Shown: positions 32,562-57,768, counted from the stretch's first letter. The stretch is 64,000 bases of DNA from the human T2T-CHM13v2.0 reference genome, Homo sapiens (GCF_009914755.1 NC_060943.1); one strand, 5' to 3'. Notes: generated from the sequence alone by a model not told the origin. Numbers and translations: made by a program.

Positions 32562-34260
32562 TGAGACACTGCGTCTCTGATGTGCAAGATGCCAAGTGTC
32601 CCTGCCCCTCAGGTCCCTACCTGTGAGCTAGGTGGCCTGGGGCTCTGGTAGGGCCAGGGCCAAGGCTACTTGTGGCGTTCATGAGGTTAATACCCTGGGA
32701 CAGCCTGGTGTCCACTGTGACTACTGTGACGGAAAGACAAGGGGCCATGCTAAGAGGTGACTTTGGGGTCTGTCACCTGCATGGGGGCGCCCGCTCGCTG
32801 TTTCCCTCGTTCAGTTCACTCCGCCTCCCAATTGATGTAGCTTGTTCCCTCAGTCCCCCTGCTCAGAGAACCCTCTCCAATTATCCCAGCCCCCAACCCC
32901 TCTCACCCCTGCAGTATGTCTTCCTCGCACCCACCCCCGTCAGAATGTTGGCGCCAGTGTCACCAGCACCTCCCCAAGTGCTCAGGAGCCAGTGAGAAAG
33001 GTTCGCTCCTTTTCATGCAAGCCATGAGCTGTGATGTTGTCCAAGTCTCGTATCCTGTTTGTGCCTCAGGCTCCTCATCAGCCGAATGGGAGGCTGACGG
33101 AAAGGGATTAGAGCTCAGGCATCAGCTTGAACTGGGGCACATGGCGTGACAGGCCTAGTGCCTGGCAGGCAGGTCCCTCGGGCTCTTTGTCATCCTCAGG
33201 AGTGTGGCTCGAAGACAGGTAGCATCCCAGGCCTGGAGAGCTGACTGTGCTGCCTGTGGCTGCAGAGACAGGATGCAGAGGCCAGGGCTCGTCCCCCAGA
33301 GCCTTGCAAGTGTCTGTAGGGCGCTCCCCTCTGTCTTGCCTCCTCCCACTCTCTGGCTCTTCTCTATCCAGCCTGCCCTCAGGTTGTGACCATCCACCTC
33401 CCAAACTGCCCTGGAATCTGCCTACGGCCTGTCCACTGCCCTCCGTACCCCTGCCTGCCATCTCTCTGGTTTCGCCCCTGATGTCACTCACATGAACCAC
33501 AGCGGTCACCCCCACCTGCCTCCTGCTCCTGCCCTCTCCTCTGCCCTGCATCAGCCAGAGGGGGGTTTAAAAGCTTACATTTGTTAATAATCTGGCTAAA
33601 GCTTAACATTTATTGTAATCCATCCCTAAATCCCAGCTGGTGGCATTGCTCTAACAGTGATGACCAGCCTCCTCATCATAATCCCCAGCACTGCCACCCT
33701 CAACCCCCCAGCGCTGACCACTGGAGGCTGCTTCTAAAACTTCAGCCCTGCTCTGCCAGCAGCGCCCCTGGGGTGTCTTCGTAGCCCTGTTGCCCATCAC
33801 GATCCCTTTTCTCATGCAGTCCAGGCTGCAAGCCCCCGCCGAGGGCTTGGGCTGACTTGTTGTGTAGTCAGTGCTGTGTCTCTGCACCCAGCCAGAAGTG
33901 GTGGGACAGCCCCCCGGCTGACGGGCTAGAACCCATCATCCAGGGTGTGTGGAAAGAGCACATCTCCCCCCCGACGCCAGCCACTGGGTAATACATTCCC
34001 AGGAATTTCCAGTGCCCAGCCCCAGCTGAGAAACAGGTCTTCTGGAACCCTCCAGCACCCTCATCAGGGGTTCCCAGCATGGGTAGGGCCACCTGCCAGC
34101 TGGGAATGATTGTAGTGCTAGTGACACTCACTCAGGGACCCAGGATGCTGTCTCGTTCTGTACAGGGCACAGCTGTACAGTACCAATTGCCCTGTGTCCT
34201 GTACAAATTTTCAACGATCCAAACATCTAGGTGCAAAACCTGTTTGAAATTCTCTGTGTT

Positions 34261-34570
34261 GGCCAGGCACGGTGGCTCACACCTGTAAACCCAGCACTTT
34301 GGGAGGCCAAGGCGGGCAGATCACCTGAGGTTGAGTTCGAGACCACTCTGGCCAACATAGTGAAACCCTGTCTCTACTAAAAATACAAAAAAATTAGCCA
34401 GGCATGGTAGCGCGTGCATGTAATCCCAGCTACTCAGGAGGCTGAGGCAGGAGAATCGCTTGAACCCGAGGCAGAGGTTGCAGTGAGTTGAGATCGAGCC
34501 ACTGCACTCCAGCCTGGGCAACAAGAGCGAAGCTCTGTCTCAAAAAAAAAAAAAAAAAAAAAGAAAAAGA
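34261..34570 (+). mobile_element. Alu (S-like)
   Basis: ggccaggcacggtggctc...A tail. Confidence 0.9.
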
Positions 34571-34758
34571 AATTCCCTGTGCCTAGAACCTTTCACCATT
34601 TTGTATGAAACAACAGAATTTCCTTTCGAGCCTTTAATGTACCCCGAGCCCACTGTTTCTACTTCAGTCCTCACTGGAAAGCTTTCATTTTCCTTTCTGA
34701 GTGTACAGGGTGACTTCCTGTCTTCCTCCTTGCTGGAATCCTGGTGTATTCACTGTAA

Positions 34759-36135
<1,377 letters not shown>

Positions 36136-36676
36136 CTTTTACAGTTAATTTTAGTAAACATCACCATAGTCCAGATGTAGAACATTTTCATCACCCCAGA
36201 AAGCTCCTTCCCCTCCATTGGCAGTCACCCCCGTTCCCACATCCAGGTATCCACTGATCTGCCTTCTGCTTCTGTAGATGTGACTTTTCTGGACATGAAA
36301 CACATCCTATTTTGTCATCAATAACTTTCCTCGTATTTTACCCATATACATGTGGCATTGTGTTGATTTAAAACACATAGGAAATGTGTTGATCTCCTGG
36401 GTATGGGGGAAATTTAACAAATACATGCCAGGGAATGGGCCCCCTGGGAGTACGGGGGGTGGGGCACAGCCTGCCAGAGGGAAATGGTTCTGGTCACTAT
36501 GACCTTCCATGCATACCTTCCTGAGCTCTTCAGGCCTCAGGACCCTCCAAGACCAGAGCATTCCCCAGGGCCCAGCTGGGGTTGGTGCCTTTGCTGAGGT
36601 CGCCCAAATTGCAAGACAGAGTTGCTCCACCACATGTGGTCACACTTCCTGCCCCTCGATCCGGACGCAAGAGTAA

Positions 36677-42237
<5,561 letters not shown>

Positions 42238-44267
42238 TGTTTTTTCTTAATGGACTCTCTCTGCGCCAGCACACGAGAACAGGCATGCAGATCGGCTCTG
42301 CCCAGCACAGGGCCTGGCGCCGAGCAGGTGCTCCGCATGCACGGCCGAGTGAACGAGCTCAAAGGGCTGGTGCTGTGCCCCTTCTTGCCTACTGGGCGGG
42401 AAGTGATGGGGGTTACTTTACCAAGCATCTTCCCCTGGTGAGCCTGGTCCATCACTCTGCCATTCCATCTGCAGCCTTGTATCTAGAGAGCAGACCAAGC
42501 TGGCGTGCGTCAGGCTGTGGGCTGGCTGGGATGCCTGCCCAGGCTGACACCTTCCCAGTGGCAATTTGTCCTGGACTGGGAGATATTTGCGTATTGCCTC
42601 GGATTAGAGAGAACTCAAGGGCTAAATGGGCATGGGAAGTGTTGTGTGCTGTGCCCACTTCTTGGTCTGCTGAAGGCTCTCAAAAGTCCTGCATGAGTGG
42701 ATCCTGCCTGCTGGCGTGGTAGCTAGGGTCTCCTGATGGTGGCAGATCCCCAAGTTGTTCCCCCTGGTCCTGCCTGCCAACAGCAGGTTTGGGAAAGGCA
42801 GATCTCCTCTCCTTGCCTTCAGGGCCAGCCTCGTCATTGTGTTCTTTGCTGGGGGAACGGTGAGAAGATCCAGGGCAGAGCCCCAGTGTGCAAAGCACTG
42901 GGACCCTAGCCCAGCCCCTGAGGGTTCCCTGAGACTAACAGCTGAGCCGTGTTTGTGCTCCTGATGGGATTTGATCGCAGTCATATGGGAGCCCCGGCAC
43001 TGGGTTCTGTGTCATTGCATTTTGGGGAAACTGAGGTGCTGAGAGAAGGGTAGGAACCCGGAGCTGGGTGTCGCTAGGCTGTGAAACCACGAGGCACCCC
43101 GAAAACTCTCCTCCCTCTCTCCCTCTCCTCACCTCCCCAAACCCGGCTGTCTTTTCTGTTGGGCTGAAGGCAGGTCTTCCCAGCAGGACCTGGGCATTTC
43201 AAAATTCTTAAGTAGTGCCAGCGGGCACGTGACCAGTGTGCTTTGAAGATAGGGAGGGCCATTCTCTGACCAAGGGCCTTCGGTCACTCTGGGGCTCCAC
43301 AAGCTCCTTTGAAACAGGAGGCTCCGAAGACCTCCAGGGTCTCCAGGCCAGAGGTGACTGTGGCCTCTGGCAAGGGGCTGCTTCTTCATGTCCCAGGCCC
43401 CCTGACCCTGAGAAGGTGGCAGCTTGCACCTGTGGCTCCCTTCTGGGGACACCTCAAAGGGCCTGAGGTGCAGGGGATTGACTGTTTAGCACAGTGGGGC
43501 CCCAGTTGGGGGTTCCTGGGAGTGATGTCCTCCTAGGTTAGAGCACAGATTCTTTTTTCATGGATTTTAATTAAGCAGCTGCTGTATACGAGATGCTAGG
43601 GGGAACTGTGATCACACCAAGTCTCTGCTCTCTCAGAGCTCCAGCTTCAGTAGGGGACACAGGCTTGGGAGGGAGGCAGAACCTCTCTCTAGAAAAACCC
43701 GCAAGTACAACCAGTGGGCCCACAGTTAGGAGGCCCTGTGGTGGGCGAGGACGGCTGACTCCCTGGCCTTGGCAGCGTGATTGCTGGATGACTGCCCAGA
43801 TTAATCCTTTACTCCTGCTGTGTGCCAGGCTGGGTCCCTCAGAGTCCCCAGGGCCTGATCACATGCCAGCTGCGAACCTCTCTGAGGGGGCCCGGGCTGA
43901 CCCTCCTCCCAGGGAGCCCTCCTGGCTCAGGGTGCCGGGTGACAGTGGGGGTGTGTGTGGAGCTATCAAAATGCTTTGCAGTTTGCCGAGGAATTACAGG
44001 AACTGGCTTTGGTATCTGGAAATGCCTGTCTGCAGAGGGTGGCTGTGGGGTGCAGCTTGATGGCAGGGACCGGGACAGGCAGAGCCAGGGGTGGCTCAGT
44101 GGCTTGTTGGCTGGGCCTCGGCTGCTGCTGCTGTGGACAAGTTGACAGGGAACTCAGTGTTAAGGCCTCTGGCTGATTCTTTGGGCCAGTGGATTGTTAA
44201 AAAAAAAAAAAAAATCATCTCATCTCCAGCACTTGAGCGCATGCAGCGTTCCAGAGGCCCAGGCTAG

Positions 44268-45460
<1,193 letters not shown>

Positions 45461-46949
45461 CAGCCCCTGTCTTCTCTGATCCCCTGTTGGTTCCCAGCCT
45501 GCATGTGACAACCGGGGAAGGTGCCGTGCTCCAAAGTCTGGCATGTGAGTCTGGCTGCCTGGTTCCAGCCCCATCTCGTGTCTGCCCCTGACTGGGCGGA
45601 CTTGGGTGGGGCAGGTGGTCCTTCCTGGGCCCGTTTCCTGGTCCTTGCGTTGGGGAATGGCCTGAGGTTCCGGGGGAACCTTTTGCAGCTCAGACACCTA
45701 GATTCAGCTTGCTGGGGAAGCCTGTGGCAGCCGGGCAGGCAGAACCTCCATTTCTCACCTAACATGCGTGAGTGTGCCCTTGGGGACACAGCAATGACCA
45801 AGGCAGATGGGCGTCCCTTCCCTGGTGGCATGGACATTCAAGGTAAAGCTCTCTATATTAGATTTCTTCTCACCCTTTGTCAGATGGTAGTAAGTGTTAT
45901 GGGGAAACGAAGGCAGGGGAGGAGGGGGCTGGGTGGAGCAGCTGCTGTGGGGAGAGAGATCTGCAGGAGGTGGGGATGCTGTGTGACTTGAGAGAGTAGC
46001 TTGCCCTCTCTGGGCTCCTGCCTGTGTGTGCTGGGGGAACGATGGCGCCCACTGCCCCTGGTGCTGTCTTTGCCACATCATTCCTTGGGGACTTCTGCCC
46101 ACCAGCTGCTCAGACCGTAGCTGTGCTGGCTATGCTCTTCCTGTGCAGGTATTGACTCTGAGTCCTCATACAGCCTGTTATGATGCGCATTTTACAGATC
46201 AGTAGACTGAGACCTGGGCAGGCCCTCTGACTACAGACTGAGCTCATTACTGCACACAGCGTGCTGCCAGTACATGCTGGGCTCTGGGGTGCTGGAGCCG
46301 CAGGTCCTGGCCCCATCAATACAATCCAAAGTGAGCTGGCTCTGATGAGGAAGAGGCCAAGATGCCCCACTCAGGGAAGTCTTCCTGGGAGAGGTGGTAG
46401 CCAGGCAGACCTGGGAGTAGGAGGAGGTAGGGCTGGGCTTTGTAGACACCACACTTGGTGGGACAGAGGCCTGCTAGGGAGAGGGCCTGTGTCCTTGCCA
46501 CCAGCCCATCTTCCACGCCATGTCCCCCTGCACTCTTTGAAGGGAGATGGTCTCTTTTGGGGCTAAGCTGGGGTCCTGGAGCCAGAAGAGAACTGAGATT
46601 TGCTGTGGGGGGTTGGGAGCTGTTCCATTTTTAGTGGCTGCTACAGGAAGAGCGGCCGAGTGTTTCCCCTTGTCCCTGCAGAAGGCTGGAGTGTAACTGT
46701 CCTTGGGAACTGGGTCAGCTGATAGCAGGGCTGGGGGTGGGGGTGGGGATCCTGAATCCTCCAGCAGATGTCCTCATTGCCCTGATCTGGGTGGCCAGTG
46801 CCTGTGCTGGACACGGTCCTCAGTCATCGGAGCCCACTGAGTCTCCCCCTGACCCTGCAGAGAATTTCAAAGAGGCGAAGTTCCTTCCAGTGGCCTCACA
46901 AAGGCTATCTGGCTTAGGAGCCATTACCTGAAGCCAGAATTTCTGAGTT

Positions 46950-47070
46950 CCAAGTCCCAGCTCCATCACGGAACTTGGCCCAAGGCCCTTAACCCCTCTG
47001 GGCCTCAGTTTTGTCATCTTTGAAATGGGGATCTTAGAGATGCCTACCTGTCAAGGGACTTGTGAGGCGC
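46950..47070 (+). mobile_element. MIR (representative; others near 2180, 4870, 19060, 23850, 29260, 38610, 41170, 46170)
   Basis: MIR core ctctgggcctcagttttgtcatctttgaaatgggg. Confidence 0.7.
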
Positions 47071-47513
47071 AACGGGACCACACGCAGGGCCTGGCCAGAG
47101 TGCCGTAGTTTCTTCGGTTGCCATGATGGGACGGTGAAACTCCTCACACTCTTCTTTCTGCCTTGAAGATTCTAGACCTGGCTGGGTGTTCATCTCCCTT
47201 TTTGCCTTTGCTTGAGGCAGTTTATGGCATGGCTGTGTTATTCACGTCGCCAGGTCTCCTCCTGGTGGACGTTGAGGCCATTTTCATTTTTTTACTCTTA
47301 AAAACGACAGGGCAGTGCACATCTTCGCATCTCCGGGGTGGGTCAGGTCTCTGACCTCTTTGCCAGTGTGACTTATTACCCCTTTCTTTCTTTGTTTTTC
47401 TTTTTGAGACAGTGTCTTGCTCTGTCGCCAGGCTGGAATGCAGTGGTGTGATCATAGATCATAGCTCACTGCAACCTCCAGCTCCTGGCTCAAATGATCC
47501 TCCCACTTCAGCC

Positions 47514-47890
47514 GATATTAATCCATTTTCATGCTGCTGATAAAGACGTATTTGAGACCGGGCAATTTACAAAAGAAAGAGGTTTAATGGAGTTACAGTT
47601 CCACACAGCTGGGCTGGGGAAGCCCCACAATCATGGCAGAAGGCAAGGAGGAGCAAGTCACATCTTATACGGATGGCAGCTGGCAAAGAGAGTGAGAGAG
47701 CTTCTGCAGGGAAACTCCTGTTTTTAAAACCATCAGATCTCGTGAGACTTATTCTCTATCACGAGAATAGCACGGGAAAGACCCACCCCCATGATTCATT
47801 GATCTCCCACTGGGTCCCTGCTACAACACAAGGGAATTATGGGAGCTACAAGATGAGATTTGGGTGGGGACACAGAGCCAGACCATATCA
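47514..47890 (-). mobile_element. Solo MaLR LTR, THE1 family (THE1A-like), inserted inside an antisense Alu
   Basis: Minus strand begins TGATATGGTCTGGCTCTGTGTCCCCACCC; diagnostic GCTGCTGATAAAGAC, CCATCAGATCTCGTGAGACTTATTC and GAGCTACAAGATGAGATTTGGG. The Alu resumes at gcctcccaag. Confidence 0.9.
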
Positions 47891-49004
47891 GCCTCCCAAG
47901 TAGCTGGAACTACAGGTGTGCGCCAACATGCCTGGCTAATTTTTTAAATTTCTGTAGAGACGGGGTCTCACTGTGTCACCCAGGCCGGTCTTGAACTCCT
48001 GGGCTCAAGTGATCCACCCTCCTCGGCGTCCCACAGTGCTGGATAATAGGCGTGAGCCACTGTGCCCAGCCATTTCCCCCTTATTTTTAGCATCACTACA
48101 GTAGCTGTGATCTCTGAGCTTTGGGGATATCCCCTCCCCAACATTTTACTCTGAAAATTCGAACATCTGGAAACGTCAAGGCTTTGTACAGTGGACACCT
48201 GTGTACTCGGCAGCCACCTTCCGTGATGAACATGCCTTATATTTGCTTTGTCCTCAATCTGTGATTCGGGACTGGATTTCTCTTGTTTCCTGGTGGGACC
48301 CACACTGCTTGTCAATTACTTATTTTGTTCCCCTTCATCCCAGTCTTGCTGTGACTTTCAGATACCCCCGGGTCTTATATACACTCAGGGTTATACCCAG
48401 AAAACATTTCTCCTGGGGGATTTGTCTCTAGGTAGGGGGCCCTCTTGAATAGTCAGGGGGAGAAAGAAAGACTCAAGACCAGCTCTGAGGAGGCGGCAGG
48501 GGTGCCCCTTCCCTCTACCTGTGGGCTCCTTGGGGAAGAAGGACAAGTGAGTGCCATGAGAAATACCCCTGGGGATTTTGTGGAGCTGGAATGTGCTGGT
48601 GGACCATGAATCCACAAGGACTTGGGCATCGAACTCCCTTGACTGGGACCCACAGCAAGGGAGGCTCTGCAGCATCACCTTAATCAAATGGACTCACCCT
48701 CTCTGGGTGATGTATCCTGGTGCTTCCTCTTCTGTTCATCAGTCAATCAACAAATAAATGGCTGGGCGTGGAGGCATATGCCTGTAATCCCAGAAACTTT
48801 GGTCATTGGTTATGTCTACCTGTTTATTTTTGGGGGAGGGGGATTCATAATATGTCATGACGTATATTAACAGTTTGCAAAGTGCCACATGGGAACGTAA
48901 TCTTCAGGATCTGGAAAGAGGCTCAGTCTATTCAGTCTATAGGAACCCCCGCCTCCCCCAAGACCCTTGTCATGAGAACGAATCTTTCACTCCCAAATTC
49001 CTAG

Positions 49005-49362
<358 letters not shown>

Positions 49363-49462
49363 TGGGTCATTACTTTCATTCAACAAAGCATTTCTCCCCG
49401 CAGTCCATGCGCACCCTGCCCACAGCTCTTTCTGATTTTCAGCATCTCTCTTCCCTTTCTAG

Positions 49463-49612
49463 AACATGCCGAGTTTTTGCACTGCAAGTCCAAAAAGTTT
49501 ACAGACTTTGATGAAGTCCGGCAGGAGATTGAAGCAGAGACCGACAGGGTCACGGGGACCAACAAAGGCATCTCCCCAGTGCCCATCAACCTTCGAGTCT
49601 ACTCGCCACACG
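49463..49612 (+). CDS. DNM2: Dynamin-2 exon 3 (150 nt; (E)[49 protein letters not shown])
   Basis: ttccctttctag| acceptor, ACG|gtaggc donor, in frame with exon 2; overlaps ORF 49477..49755. Confidence 0.98.
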
Positions 49613-49952
49613 GTAGGCAGCACGGGTGGGGACCCATCACTGACCGTTTCTGGTCGTTCATGGACAGTGCTATGGGTGAGCCTGTGTACTTCCACTCATG
49701 GGTATCATGTGCCCATTCACAAACAGTTGATATTCACACACACATAGCCCCTTGATCTGTATCTTCCCACTTGTGCTAGGTATGTAGTACCCAGACCTCT
49801 GTCTCAGCTTGAAGAAAGAGCATGCCAAGAAGTTGTTTGGAGTGGTGGGGGATTGCAGCCATTTCCCCCTTTTACCAAGGGCAGCCACCACTTGGCTCAA
49901 GGCAGCCAGATCTGCTGGTGCCTCAAGAGAGGCCAGAACCAGTCTTCTGTAA

Positions 49953-52364
<2,412 letters not shown>

Positions 52365-52657
52365 TCATCTGTTTGTCTGTAATGGTTCTTTGGTATTGGC
52401 TGAATGGATGGGCTGAAATTTATTCAGTCATTTAGGTCTATTCCAGTCTGAACTGTCCTGATTTAGAACTGTGCCATTGAAATGGAGTAGGTAGAAGGTA
52501 TCTGTAGGATGGGATCCTAGAAGGGGAGTTACTGGATCAAAGGTGTGGTTCAGGCAGAGTGTCAGGCGACATCCTCAAGTCTGAGCCCCGCGCAGGAACT
52601 TCGGTAGTCAGCTGGGTGGCTGCGGGCCTGTTTGTGCCTCCCCTCTCCTGGCTCTGA

Positions 52658-52930
<273 letters not shown>

Positions 52931-54100
52931 TGAGCATGGGATGTGCCCAGCATCCTTGGTTCCAAGTCACTGGCGTTCTCTTTAATCCATGGCCGCTGTA
53001 GGAAAAGGCCTCCTGGAACATGGCACTTCCTCCGAGAACCAGCAGTGCTGGTGGGCATCCCCTGGGAAGTCACTGTGTGGCAGTTGGACGGTCCTCCTTG
53101 GACATGGCAGTGCCCATGTTGCCAGAGTGGGAAGCTAGCCTAGGGCTGAAGGAAGGGCCCAGCGCTCCATCGCCCAGATGCGATCTTAGGTCCCATCTAG
53201 CTGTTACTCTGCTCCCTGAGACATGGTCCCCTCTTAGTCAGAACGGGAACTTCAGTCCTAACCCAGATAGCTGATGTGAGGACTGTTGAACTTTTGGGTT
53301 GTTTCTGATCTTTGCATGGTGAGATCGTCTATTTCCCTTCGAGTTGACACCCCTGGGCCCCTCTAGTCAGATCCTTCTACTGAACCCTCACTGCAGAATG
53401 TGAGCAGGAAGGGGCCCCAGGGAGGGCACAGCTGTGGCCCCCTTGATGCCCAAATTGGCACCCACCAGAGATCTTCACTCTGGCTTCCATCTGTCCCCAG
53501 TGTCTCATGCACATGCCACACATATAACACACACGGTTAGCACAGAGCCAGGCCCTCAGCCCCCGTGGGAGCAGTTGATCTGCAGAGGTGAGACTTTGCT
53601 AGAAAGACATCCTTGACTCTGGAATGACTTGTGGAGAGGTGGAATTGGATGGGATGGTTTCCAGAGTGGAATTTTAGCCATTCAGGCAAGAGGTAGTCCT
53701 GGAAACAGTCGTGTCAAACTCAAATGTTCCCTTGGGACTTTGCCGGCACTTGGAAAGTCCAGCATCAAAATCTGGCCCAGGAATCATGTTTACGTGAGGT
53801 TTCCCAAAGCCTGCAGCAGCAGAGGTTGTCCTTAATAACACAAATGACAATAACGGCCAGCATTTGTTGAGTATTTGCCGTGTGCCAGGCTCACCCTTAT
53901 GACCACCCTGTGAGATCAGGGCTGTGACCATCTTCATTCGACATGTCGGAAACTGGGGTCCAGGCCTGTGACGTTCTGGCTTTCCCAGGTGATGTGACCT
54001 GGAAGTTTCAGGGCCAACTGGACCCCAGGTGGCTTGCAGCTGCCAGCTGATGCTCTTTCCTGGTGGCAGCCTCTGACCTCTGACCTCTGGGCTCTTTCAG

Positions 54101-54199
54101 GCCTACGGACCATCGGTGTCATCACCAAGCTTGACCTGATGGACGAGGGCACCGACGCCAGGGACGTCTTGGAGAACAAGTTGCTCCCGTTGAGAAGAG
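54101..54199 (+). CDS. DNM2: Dynamin-2 exon 5 (99 nt; (G)[32 protein letters not shown]; G4 TKLD)
   Basis: gctctttcag| acceptor, GAG|gtgtgg donor; G4 motif TKLD. Confidence 0.98.
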
Positions 54200-54704
54200 G
54201 TGTGGCTTTGGGGGTGCTGGGGAAGCAGGAGGATGGGTGGGGTCCTTATCATTACTGAAACCCCAGCACCTGTTCCCTGCCTGCCTGGAAGTCATTGCTT
54301 CTCCATTTCACCGTAACTCCTTCTTTCTTTTCCCTTTGAGCTATGTATCTTTTTCTTCTGATTTGTATGCATTCGTTTTTCAAGTGCACAATTAACACCT
54401 GCTGGTTTCTGAAACATTAGAAAACAAGTGTATAGAAAGAGGAAACTAAACTCACCCGCAGCCACACTTCCCCCAGACAGCCACTGGTGAATCTGCAGCT
54501 CCCAGCTCCCCAGGGTTTATAACTTTAATTAATTTTTTTATTACTTTCTATTATGAGCCTTCCCTTCCCTTTTCCTTTTCCTTTTTGTTTTTTGAGACGG
54601 AGTTTTTGCTCTTGTCACCCAAGCTATAGTACAGTGGCACAATCTCAGCTCACTGCAACCTCCGCCTCCCAGGTTCAACTGATTCTCCTGCCCCAGCTTC
54701 CTGA

Positions 54705-55256
<552 letters not shown>

Positions 55257-55443
55257 TGATCCACCCGCCTCGGCCTCCCAAAGTGCTGGGATTACAGGTG
55301 TGAGCCACCGCACCCGGCCATCTTCCTGGAAGATTTTAACACAAATCCTAGGCACTGGCTGGGCGAGGTGGCTCACACCTGTAATCCCAGTGCTTTGGGA
55401 GGCTGAGGCAGGAGGATGCCTTGAGGCTGGGAGTTCAAGACTA

Positions 55444-55596
<153 letters not shown>

Positions 55597-56014
55597 CTAC
55601 TACACTCTAGCCTGCACAACAGAGCAAGATCTTGCCTCTAAAAAAAAAAAAATTCTATAAATCCTAGGCATTGTAGCATTTTACACATAAATACCCACAT
55701 TTCTTTTCAAATACTTCCCCTTGCCATCCCATTTGTTTTTTTCTATACCATTCATTTGTGGAAGAAACCAGACCACATCACACATTTGGGATTTGGCCAA
55801 TTATTGTTCTCTGTTAGCTGGTAATTAGATCAGGTTCAGGTTCAAGTTCAGGTACAGATCTTCTGATAGGAGTAACCTAAGTATTTTTTATTTTATTTTA
55901 AAAATATTTTAAATATTTTGGGTCGGGCATGGTGACTCACACCTGTAATCCCAGCACTTTGGGAGGCCAAGGCAGGCGGATCACAAGGTCAGGAGATCAA
56001 GACCATCCTTGCTA

Positions 56015-56455
<441 letters not shown>

Positions 56456-56487
56456 AGTTTTTTTCTTTCTTTCTTTCTTTCTTTCTT

Positions 56488-56520
<33 letters not shown>

Positions 56521-56521
56521 A

Positions 56522-56749
<228 letters not shown>

Positions 56750-57245
56750 TGACTGCAACCTCTGCCTCCTGAGTAGCTGGGATTACAGGCACTCGCCACC
56801 ACACACAGCTGATTTTTGTGTTTTTAGTAGAGATGGGGTTTCACCATGTTGGCTAGGCTGGTCTTGAACTCCTGACCTCATGTGATCCACCCGCCTCAGC
56901 CTCCCAAAATGCTGGGATTAAAGGCATGAGCCACCGTGCCCAGCCTTCTTTTGTGTTTTTTTAAAGCCATTCCTCCCCTCTGGCATCTACTCTAAGCTGC
57001 GGGCACCTCCTGCCTTTCCCTTCATGCTTAGCCGCAGTCATTTAGAGCATTTCTTTTACTCCTGGGTTTTCCACCTCGATGTCTGAGATAGATGTGGGGA
57101 AAAGTTCAGACCTTGGTTGCCAGCATCCCCCAGCACTGCTGAGATATTGAGTGGTGAGGCGACCCCGGATCCCAGGGGAATGCTGTCAGGGCTAAATTCA
57201 AAACCCTGTTTAGCTGTGAAGATCCGGGGCTGAGAAGCAAATCTG

Positions 57246-57327
57246 TGGCTGGCTGAGGTTTGGGGAGGATTTGCTGGTGCTAGAGAGGAAAGCAGACCCT
57301 ACCCAACCCCACGCCCTACTACAGCCA
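57246..57327 (+). ncRNA. MIR4748: pre-miRNA hairpin mir-4748 in intron 5 (mature GAGGUUUGGGGAGGAUUUGCU at 57255-57275)
   Basis: Closing stem TGGCTG...CAGCCA; G-rich 5' arm pairs imperfectly with C-rich 3' arm (TTTGCT/AGCAGA). Sequence recognised from memory as hsa-mir-4748, hosted in DNM2. Confidence 0.85.
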
Positions 57328-57768
57328 CCCCGACCCGGCTGCCCTTGGACACTGTTAGGCCTCCATCTTGGATCCTAAGGGCCTTTGGGGTCTGTGGGCA
57401 CTAGCCAGGCTGAGGATTTGGTGATATGGGCCTCTTCCCCTTCCTCCTGACTCACTGATGTCCACAGCTGCCCTTCTCTGCCTTCCTTCCTGTTTCTAAG
57501 AACGAAGGCGCTTCCACTCTCAGCTCACTTGTAGGCCTGCTCCCGTTTTGTGACCTCAGGCTTCAGAAGCCCTCCCACTGGACCCTTTTTCCTGGCGTAC
57601 TAATGACTCACAACTCCTCCTCCTTTACGGGAACCCAGGCTAGGCGTGGTGTCTCATGCCTATAACCCCAGGATTTTGGAAAGCACAGTTGGGAGGATGG
57701 CTTGAGGCCCAGAGTTTGAGACCAGCCTGAGCAACACAGCAAGACCCCATCTCTCTCTTAAAAAATTA

